DNA of 64,000 nucleotides, from contig NC_043010.1 of the NCBI RefSeq assembly GCF_006345805.1, positions 41,974,001 to 42,038,000 on the forward strand, in the 5' to 3' direction. A model generated the notes under the pieces. It did no database searches, was not told where the DNA came from, and saw nothing but the letters and a program-made list of their open reading frames with translations. This document shows, piece after piece, positions 54,040 to 64,000 of the stretch. Position numbers and translations under genes: made by a program. How positions within the stretch are numbered: the first letter of the stretch is position 1; the number at the start of each line of letters is the position of its first letter. This DNA comes from Octopus sinensis. Lineage: Eukaryota.

Positions 54040-55690
54040 TCCAAAATTACTCTGACCACCCATGGCACGAGCCCATGCTCAATTGCTGTTCTCTAATCCG
54101 TAAGGGCATGAGTGGTGTAGTGTAGTTCCATTCAGTTGACCATTCTTTCCATAGTTATTCCCGTTAACTTTACTTTTCTTTCTAAGTGGAACTTGAAAAA
54201 ATTTAATGACAGCTTGGTCGAAGAGTAAGGTGTCTAATCTCAATTTCGCAAACTAGTCCACCACAAAATCTTTTTGCTATTGCTATTAGACAGAGATAAA
54301 CTGATTGCCCAGCCCTGTTAAAAGGGAGTTGTATGTCGATGTTTACCATAAATTTATTGATGTCGTGTAGGTCTTACATGCAACAACATTTGTTCCACAT
54401 AATTCCACAAAAATTGTCGGACCCTGCTCGAATGTATGCAGATTGGATTCGTCAATGTACATTTCGGACGGTCCCGCTAAACAGCGTTTTCATATCTATA
54501 GTTCGAAACTGGTAATGCCTGTCAGTACCAATGCCAGGTCAAAGATTTTCTAGAAGTTATACATAGAAGTCCCGGACATGAAAGTATTCCCAAACGGGCC
54601 AACCTAGGCCTCGATATTGTGCTGAAGGGAAACTTCTACAGATAGCTTTCTCCGCCTCATAACCACACAACAGAAAAACTTAGAGATCGGTGAGCACTTG
54701 ATGACATTCCAGATGCAATTCGCCTAAACTTGGTCTTTCACAGTTTGTCCATCTGAACGAGCAGATATGGAAATGCGTGCCTAACAAACGGAGTCTACAC
54801 CTGCTCATCATCCAAGAAGATTCTATGTAGCGTATGTCTGCACTACAGTAGCAGCGGCATGCCTATCCCACTTTCAAGAAAGTGCCTGCAATAGGCGGTT
54901 GGTTTACCCATTGGACTGCATCCCTTCCGCAATAAACGGAAGAGCAGGCGCCCCAATCTGGTTTCGAACGGGAACTGTAGCAAGGCAAGGTGGTCATGCG
55001 TTAAATTAAGACAAAAGCGTTCGACGCATTCGCTACCTTTTTTCGGCCTTTCAAGAATAACATCTTTTATCTTGGGCCATTTCGCAGTAAGACAGGCGTC
55101 TTTATTCACAACCTCATCCTAGTTCCCGTCCACAGTAATTTCCAGACCAAACCTGTACTTGAAGACTACAACCGTCCGTCTGTCCAGTGATGCACGACAC
55201 CGTCCAATACCATAGATTTACCTCTCTAAGTGTCAAGCTGAAAGCCCATCGTCTTGTCTAGATTGATCTTTGCTTCTACGCTTTTCTCGTATTCTATAGA
55301 ATGATGCCCGTATTCTATAGAATGGTACCCAACACCATTAAGATGACGTCATCAGCATAATCCAACACACCTCCCCGCATCTCATCCCAAAAGTGATACC
55401 CCTCGACAGTTCTATCGTCGGCAACAATGCTCGGGCGCCCACGCGTATAGGAGAGACGAGAGAGGACACCCTGACGGACCGAGCGCGCCTTATTGAATGG
55501 TTCCGAGAGATGAGTGTTCTTTCTGACCTCTATGCAAGTGCCGCTTGTGCATGACTAAGTTCCTGTCTCTGACAGCTAATCCAAAACGGCCACTTTTATG
55601 ATTAGTACCAAGTTGCCATGGTTGACCTTATCGGGAGCTTTCAACAGATCCCGCTTGATCAGGGCCTCGTCTAAGCGAGGTTTGTTGTCT
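54040..55690 (-). mobile_element. L1/Tx1-clade LINE ORF2 relic (RT and C-terminal region)
   Basis: LIKRDLLKAPDKVNH (~55618-65), SVRQGV (~55470), LDYADDVILM (~55350), EAKINLDKT, GIGMP; many stops. Confidence 0.8.
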
Positions 55691-56179
55691 GTTAAAACTC
55701 TGTTAAAAAGTTTGGAATATGTGCGATAGGAATATTTCTTTCATACCTATTTCCCCTATGATGACACATGTCCTACTTTTGGTTTAAGATGCCACATAGT
55801 TCCAATCTATATCTCTGGATCTTTTACCAATATATTTTCATCTGATGGTATATCTAGTTGAGTAAGAACTAAACCAGACTCAACTAAACTAAACTAAACT
55901 AGACTCCACACTACATAACCGTGTTTTTATATTTTATATTTCATTTTTCACATTCTTTTTTATTAATATCCGAATGAGTTATCCGACACGAACTCAGTGC
56001 AGTATCCTGTAACAACATATTTCTTCACCTGTTATGACTTTCCTGATGCTTCTTTCATTTTTTTGAGCTGACGAGAATGGTAATACATAATTAAATTAAT
56101 TATGATTAATTTAATATCTTCCAAGTTTCTTACATACTGGTATTACCATTTGAAACGATCGTATGCATGGATGAAAATG

Positions 56180-56365
56180 TTACTCTTTTACTTGTTTCAG
56201 TCATTTGACTGTGGCCATGCTGCGGCACCGCCTTTAGTCGAGCAAATCGACCCAGGACTTATTCTTTGTAAGCCTAGTACTTATTCTATCGGTATCGGGG
56301 ACGTAAACACACCAGTATCGGTTGTCAAGCGATGTTGGTGGACAAACACAGACACACAAACACAC
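56180..56365 (-). mobile_element. CORE-like SINE 3' half
   Basis: Reverse complement of the tail of the 21737-22290 copy. Confidence 0.75.
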
Positions 56366-56384
56366 TGATAATCGCTACCTCATA

Positions 56385-56790
56385 TGAGTGACAATGAAAG
56401 AACAAAATATTGTACATAATGGTGGTAATGAAACTGAAGCCCTTGATGGTGACAGTGTTGCACCCGACAGGCTCAAATATACTGGTGCGACTTCAGTCTG
56501 TCGTTATCCAGCAATGGACAGGCACACACGGCGTAGATGGAAGAAACAAGTCAACGCTGTGGTGATGGAGTGTTACTATCCAAGAAAGCTTGTAGATGAA
56601 AATGGTGCTCATATTAGGGGATACCGATAACGTATGTATCATGATTACAGAGAAAGAGGATTGTTTCAACAAATACAACAGAAATTATGATCAAGCTAGA
56701 GCAATAAGAAAAAATCGTTGGTTTACAGAAGTAGAGCTCGAAGTTATCAAAAGACGGGTATTGGAAAACAGCAACAGAGGAAACAATTAT
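56385..56790 (+). mobile_element. R4/Dong-like LINE N-terminal ORF fragment
   Basis: RRRWKKQVNAVVMECYY..GYR*RMY..ERGLF..DQARAIRKNRWFTEVELEVIKRRV. Confidence 0.75.
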
Positions 56791-56806
56791 TGCTATCATT
56801 ATTATT

Positions 56807-57379
56807 GAGTGAGAGAGCAGTGCATGCCATCAAAGTGACACTGGGGTAAAATATACGAAGCCTAATATACCCATCATCACTACCCGTCTGATAAGGGTAC
56901 ACTAGGCACATGCATCACAACCATATGTGCGTGACATGGTGATCTCATATCAAGATAAAAAGCACATGAAGTTGCAGGTGGCGCCCAGTTAGAATTTTCT
57001 TCTGGTCGAGTAGCCCATCCTGCTCAAAAGACCCCTGAATAAGGATTGTTTAAAGATGTTGAACGAAACACCCATGTTTCCAGAGGTGAATTATTCACAC
57101 CTCCAAGAATTCCTTTCAACACACGGCTATGATGCTCCCCCACTACTTCTGCTGGGGATCAGAGAAGCACATATCATCAGCCATCAAGTGACATGCTCAA
57201 CTGGTTAAGGTCAAACAACTGACAAGCAAATCTGTGGTATTAAGCGGAATATTTGCTGTAGCCCATCTTTTATACCAAGACAAAACAATGTACATGATAA
57301 CACTTCCAATCAGTTAAGATCAGAAGCTATGAGAGCCACTGTCTGTTACTGCACCAGGGAATTTATACTGCATCAGGGC

Positions 57380-57383
<4 letters not shown>
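56807..57383 (-). mobile_element. ~535-bp (AAT)n-embedded retroposon, copy 2
   Basis: Full-length homolog of 19147-19682 with a small duplication near its 5' end. Confidence 0.8.
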
Positions 57384-57438
<55 letters not shown>

Positions 57439-57864
57439 GTTTGATTTTTGCTTTGTATTTGTACAACATATCTTCCAAGTCTCACTCAGAGGCCTCAGGA
57501 GACAACATGTTAAAAGTTCAAGTTAGCATTATGACTAGGATGCCATATTTTTTGGCTTTACAGTGAGTATTGTTCAAGATAATGTCTGTCAACGCATAAG
57601 AAAATTAGAAGTTTGTTTTAAAAATAATTTCATGATACGATGACGGTGTGATCTTAAGATGACAATAAGAGCTGCTTGCTATGATGTCATTTCTGGGGCT
57701 TCTATGGTAACAAATATTATTTCAGTCTCGAGTTTCCACATTTTGCCAATTTCTATTTCAAGATCTTTATATTTGCTCAGTTTTTGGTCGGTCTTGACAC
57801 ACATTTATGTAGATTGGAACAGTCATATCGATGATGAGGCATGATTTTTGTCTGAAATCTCTGT

Positions 57865-57929
<65 letters not shown>

Positions 57930-57940
<11 letters not shown>

Positions 57941-58420
57941 TTACAACATATAATGGCAGGCGAAGATATCAATTGTTAAAAGAATAGAAGAATGTCGTAT
58001 CTTCAGTATCGAAACAATGCTATTGAGTATTCAGTGCAGATAGAGAAGACATGTTCGAATGCAAGATGTTCGCATTTCGAAAATTCTTTTCTATGGCGAA
58101 CAAAAAGGAGGATTCCGTAGTAAGGAAAGACCCCTGGTAAAGTATAAGGATAAGTTGAAATAATCGCTAAAATCACTACAGCATATTTAACATTTTCGGA
58201 AAGTTAATTGCCTAGATCGAACGGCGTAAAATGTGTCACGATGCATGTAAACAATTTGAGTCGAAGAAACAGAACAATAAAAGAACTTTATCCAGTAATC
58301 AACAGAGACATTTTTCCAATCCCAGGCAAAATCAAGACCATTGTACCCATTGTGACTTCATAGTAAAATCCATAAATGGACACAAATTGCATTCATGCAT
58401 CCATCGCAAATTACACCTTT
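57930..58420 (+). mobile_element. RTE-clade LINE 3' fragment
   Basis: HVRMQDVRISKILFYGE..G.RSKERPLVKYKDKLK and a terminal CTHCDFIVKS..H finger. Confidence 0.7.
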
Positions 58421-58496
58421 TTTTCTCAATTCTTTCCTTCAAACACTCACACGCCAAAATCGATGTGAGTGACCATTATCATCATCATCAATAATA

Positions 58497-58560
<64 letters not shown>

Positions 58561-58561
<1 letters not shown>

Positions 58562-58863
58562 TCTTTGGGGTTTGAATAGTTCACCTCTGGAAACATGGGT
58601 GGTTCTTTCAACATCCTTAAACAACCCTTATTCAGGGACCGTTTGAGCGGGATGGGCTACTCAACCTGAAGAAAATTATAACTGGGCCCCACCTGCAAGG
58701 TCATGTGCTGTTTATCTTAATATGAGATCACCATGTCGCGCACATATGGTTGTGATGCATGTGCCTGGTGTACCTTTATCAGACGGGTAGTCATGATGGG
58801 TATATTGGGCTTCGTATATTTTACCCCAGTGTCACTTTGATGGCATGAACTGCTCTCTCACTC
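58561..58863 (+). mobile_element. (AAT)n-embedded retroposon, 5'-truncated copy 3
   Basis: Reverse-orientation homolog ending GCTCTCTCACTC-AATAATAAT, with AAT repeats on both flanks. Confidence 0.8.
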
Positions 58864-58939
58864 AATAATAATAATAATAATAATAATAATTTTAAAACAA
58901 ACATAATTTTAATTTTAAAACAACATAATTTTCTTATGG

Positions 58940-59098
58940 GTTATTAAACATTCACTAGTACAATACTAAGTACAAAACCAAATATATGGCACCCTAGGCA
59001 TAACACCAACTTGTTGTCTCTTGAGAACTCTGGTTGGGACTTGGAGCCAACTTGTACAAATGTAAAACAAAAGTCAAACAGAATAATAATAATAATAA
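58940..59098 (+). mobile_element. Short LINE-like 3' end with (AAT)n tail; related copy at 57437-57510 (minus)
   Basis: Shared TTGTCTC.TGAG..CTCTG..TG.GACTTGGA..TTGTACAAAT..AAA.CAAAA.TCAAACA-(AAT)n. Confidence 0.55.
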
Positions 59099-59129
59099 TC
59101 CTCTTGTATTCTTTCTGAGCAAACATTTT

Positions 59130-60190
59130 GCAAAATGCTAACTTACTCTCAGTATGTTACCGCACGCTAGTTACGTAGGCAGTGGAATATATTTCCTTAT
59201 TCGTTGAACATGTGCTTAGAGCTTGATTCTGAACAATCACCAACAAACATTCGGTTTCTCTCTTGAAATCTCTATTCCTGAATCGCTTCCCTGAAAAGTT
59301 CAGTATAAGTAAGTCCCAGTTCTATTGCAGCATGTTTAAGTAGTTCTTCAACCATTGCAAGTGATTTATTGACGTTTGTTCTCTATTCAGGCAAACAGAA
59401 AAGTTAATAAAACCTCTCCTCCATTCTTCCGTTTTATTTATAAACGACAGACATTCGCCTTTGGATGAAACGCTTAGTTAAAGTTTATTTCGTTTTTCTA
59501 TCTGATGCAACCCGTTCACTCTTCCAACACTAACACACGCGAGGGCAACCGTTCATATTTTGAGCACATTTACCAAATTCTTTGAACCAAGTTTGGACTT
59601 CATTTGAAACTTTAATCTTTTCAAATGTATGATTCTCACCTTTTTCTTCATTACATTCAAAATATCAATAAGTTTCAATATGCCTACATAATTGTATCCA
59701 TTTTCATAAGGTTCTAAAATCCCTTCTCTCACTAAGTTTACACCATTAAAATGGGCTCTTTTCTCTTTTTTTCTATGAACTACATTTTCACAATTTTACA
59801 TACCAAAATCTATTTCCATATCACTGTAATATGCCTGTACTGTATTAGCAAATGAATTGGTCTCTTTTTCAAACTTTACAAATATCTTTAAGTCATCCAC
59901 AGAGAGAGTACATTTTCCCCCCAAGTTTTTAATCATGTTGACATTTTTTTAATGTCATTGATATCGGTATCTCCCTACCCCCTCTCTCCTATCCCCTCTC
60001 TCCCTGGCTCCTCTCCCCCTGGCCCCTCTCTTCCTACCCACTCTCTTCCTACCCATGTCTTTTTCATGATCTTGAGTTTAAAACCCGTAAGTATTCGACT
60101 GATTATAATATTGCTCCTGACATTGGCGAGTTTGTTGACGCCCCGGTTTGTTCTATCCATGGGGAATTTTCTTACCAGATATTGTAGGTA
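59130..60190 (-). mobile_element. R4/Dong-like LINE RT relic
   Basis: SVDDLKIFVK (~59885), MEIDFGM*NC, YNYVGIL, HPKANVCRL*IKRKNGG. Confidence 0.8.
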
Positions 60191-60364
60191 GCTTTAGATA
60201 TTGACGTGACTGTAGGAAGCTTCCATGACATCCTTACACTCTTTTCCTCACTGTTTCTGTCTTGTTCCAATACCAGTTGTCAAGCGGTGGTGGGGGTAAA
60301 TAATGAGACAAACACACACACATATACACACACATATACACACATACATACATACATACATACA

Positions 60365-60397
<33 letters not shown>

Positions 60398-62103
60398 GTG
60401 GTGGGGGCGTATATGTACTTCAATTATTACAAAAACTGCGTTGTGAACTTCAATTCTTAAACACTTTGTGTAAACACGCGTTTAGATTCAAAAACGTCGA
60501 AATATATTGTTACAAGTCGTATTTGAGTCTTGATGTCCAGAAGAATTCATGGTTTTAAGCACATTTCGTTCACTTGAACTCAACCAATTACTTAATTGGT
60601 TGAGAAAATACTAACAATTCCATCAAAGACAACTATGATGGTTTTCTCAGCAGTGAACAGTCACTATAGTAATGAATCATTAAGCAATTTCATCGTTCCT
60701 GTCACCTTGGATAGAATCATAAAATACTATATCTTCAGAAACAAAGTGGCTTAATTAGTTTTAGTGAAACTTTTAAAAACGTTCAAAAATCATTTTAATT
60801 TTCTTATCCTAGTTTATTTTCCTATTTCTACATATTTATTTGAAATAATTTTAAATTTAAATTTCATGTTGGACATCATTATTCTTTCTCTTTTCTTCTG
60901 CTTATTGTAATTTCAATGAGTGTTTTTATTACGTAATTTTCTAATTCCGTTCCATTAAAATTCCCTTAAATCATATATTTGCGATAAGAAAGATTTTAAG
61001 CCAACGAGTGATTGAGAAGACATATTCAGAGAGCATTATTGATCTATTGACAAAACCACCGTTATTGTAGCTGTTGCTGGAAAATCTAAATCAATAGTTT
61101 AAATCATATTAGAACCAAGAATGCAATGACAAGAAGTAACAACTACAGTATATAAACATTATAAATAGTCATTAACTCAAATATAGTCTTAATCATATGA
61201 TTTCGATTTTGCAAAGAATAACAATAAATAAGCTTTGAAATTAATGTTTGCAAATATGATATAACTATGCTATGAACAAAAGGGGGGAAATAAATCTTTG
61301 GTATTCATAAACAGAAGAAAAAATTCGCTCATATGTTTGCACCTATAAGTTTTTTCTCTTTCTACGTAAATTGATGGATGTAGCTTTTTGGATTTTTTTT
61401 TCTAACTAATATCTACTCGTAAGCTATATGGGTAAGAATTATTATTGTGGCTAACATATAGTTAAACGCTGGCTATCGTACGTAATGCATGAGTTAAAAA
61501 GAATCTTCAATCAATAAAATCTCAGATTCGTAATGAGCATAAATATTATTAGAGTGAATCGCGATTCTTGTTTTAAAAGGTAAAGGAATAAAGTACAAAT
61601 AAAAGATAAAATTTTTTTTGAAACTAGATCAGTTAAGGCTACGTTCACTTTCATTATGTTCTACCGACTGTATGATTAATTCCTTTCAAACAAGTACATC
61701 ATGTCTACGATATAGAAAAGCTTTTGTCACACAATATATTTCATTCTATTGTTTCACATATTGCATATATAGCTGTTTTCAAATTTAAAGGTTTATTGGA
61801 AAAAGATATTGCACACATCAAGGATTGTGGTGAATTATTTGGCGTAGTAGTTGGTGTTTATTGGTATAATAGGCAGAAAGTAGAAATATCTGAAAACGTA
61901 TAGGAACAGAATAGGAAGTGTTGACTGATGACCAGGCAGCAGGCAAACTGATTTAATCAATAGACTAATAGTGTGAAGATCAATTTCTCCTATTCCACTA
62001 ACATACCTCGCAACTGAAGTAGGTAGTTCCATGAACGTCATACCTAAGTGGGTAATAACGTTTTATTGTTACTTTATATAGATGTGTGCGTGTATGTGTG
62101 TGT

Positions 62104-62151
<48 letters not shown>

Positions 62152-64000
62152 GTACATATAAGTTGCTGTTGTAAATATAATATATATGCGGTCTCTTGCA
62201 CAATGATTTTGAAAGAAGGTTTCTTACCACTATGTCAGTAGGAATTTTAAAAGTAATTGAAAATATGGGTTTCTTAAAAGGAGTAGCAATTCCGAAAATG
62301 AAACAGTGTTTCAGTTGTTACAGTGAGCAGAACGATAATTTATTCACGTTTAGTTCAGTGCTGTGAGTCGATATAGTGATTGCACATTTGTCACTCCTTA
62401 CTTTCAGTCTTTCGCTTAAAATCCTGGTCTTTTTACTATTTTCTATCGGCCATTATAGAAAAGAAATATGACAGAAAGTGTCGTCTAATATACAGATATG
62501 TAAATGAAAGCATTTTTAATCATAAAAAAAACCCCAAATATATTCAAATATATATATTGCTGACTAATATTTGCTGCCAAGTTATTTTGGTAAGCATTGT
62601 TTGGAGTAGTCTTCCTTACTTTTTTCAAAAGTAAGATTAGTTGCGTATATATGAACATATTTTAGCGCTTTTACTGTTTTATTATCTAAATATGATTTCA
62701 CTTCCCTATCGTTATTCAGATGGTGTTCCATACAGTGATACAGTAGATAAGTACTACATAAGAAAAGCAACATTATTCTATTGTTTAACTCGCATTAGAA
62801 TTCACAAAAATATGTTAAAAAGAACTGTAAATTTCATTGAAGATATTTTATTTTGAAATGTTTTACAAAGATATTTTCAATTATATCAAGCAGTTCAAAT
62901 AAAAGTATAAGGGAAATGTTTCTGCTTTACATCATAACTAAATAACTAAGAAAACTCTTCGGGTTACACTGCCTATTAAAATTAGCAACCAATATTTCGT
63001 AGTATGATGTCAGACGTTCCACAGAGAAAAGGGATGGAGATAATGAATATTGCGGTTTTTGATACATCAAAGATAGGATGATTACTATTGGAAAGCCTTT
63101 GATCATACGTTTATGTTTGTTTTTTTTTTTGTTTTGTTTTTTTTTTCAAAGAGCTGATTGAATGAGTAACGGCTTCCAATCTTATAGAACCTGGAAATAA
63201 CTGCCAAACGATGAGAGGAGATAAGAACAGAATTATATATTTTCTGTTTGGTAGCTTAGCTTTTTCATCAAAATTATGTTGCCGGAAAACAATATTTCAT
63301 TAAAATCAAAATCATTATGATTTTAATTGTTTTTATTACCTCATGCTGATTCACATTCAAATCCACGTGCTTCAAGCGCAGGCCGTTCGTAAATGAGTTT
63401 GTAGATTCAAAATTTAAAAGTTGTACTTCTGAAATTGTGTGTTGAAGCGAAATCTATTACATCGCTAATGTAACAAGAATTGTTGCATCAGATTGCGTTT
63501 ACATCTTAGAGAATGTTAGACTTTTGAGAAATAGAGGATAACACATGCAACATTTCTACGAATGGTTTACATATATGTTTCTCTTTAAACTTAACAGTTC
63601 AGATGAAATCCTTGGCAAATAAATACAACATTTTGTCAAACCACTAATTAGAGACATAAACACACCATAGTCAACACTACAGGCTTTTAGATATATATAA
63701 ACGGCAAAATGTCTGTGTGTGTGTCCTTTATACAAATCCACAACTTTTCAGTTAGAGGGCTCGCACTTTCTATGATCATTCAAAACCGTCCAATGGTGGT
63801 CGTGCACATCTTTATATTTCGCCAGTCACCCCGCAAAGCCATTAAAAAATCAATAGAAGTGACTTTTTTTGTGAATTTTCTATCCAAAACCCAATCAAAA
63901 TGCCCGAAACTTGATACGCCAATTGAATGCCAGCTACCTGTATGTGATTGGTCAGAGATTTAGACAGTACTCGCGTGTATGTGCGCACGCATGCACTAGC

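Overview
AT-rich, microsatellite-saturated eukaryotic DNA. The SINE families and repeat landscape point to an octopus or other coleoid cephalopod genome (inference from recalled repeat families, no database search). I could not support any host protein-coding exon, so the window looks intergenic or intronic. Nearly all long ORFs in the track are microsatellite translations or decayed transposon frames. Recognisable content: several decayed mariner transposases (one Hsmar1-like with both TIRs), a Chapaev3-type element with TIRs and a TTA TSD, R4/Dong-like, RTE and L1/Tx1 LINE relics, Penelope-like ends and at least four SINE types. Main hunt results: (1) seven type I hammerhead-ribozyme (HHR) motifs with covarying helices, including a retrozyme-like HHR at the tip of a ~150-nt rod (26.9-27.15 kb), an intact HHR at 31820-31881 and one inside a fold-back at 24.0-24.3 kb; (2) a probable staggered-break inversion (12.8-15.9 kb) that splits a mariner and leaves a 255-bp identical inverted duplication; (3) a ~535-bp retroposon found only inside (AAT)n tracts; (4) a 157-bp element with a long (CTT)n tail. 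All structures were folded by eye and coordinates counted by hand.
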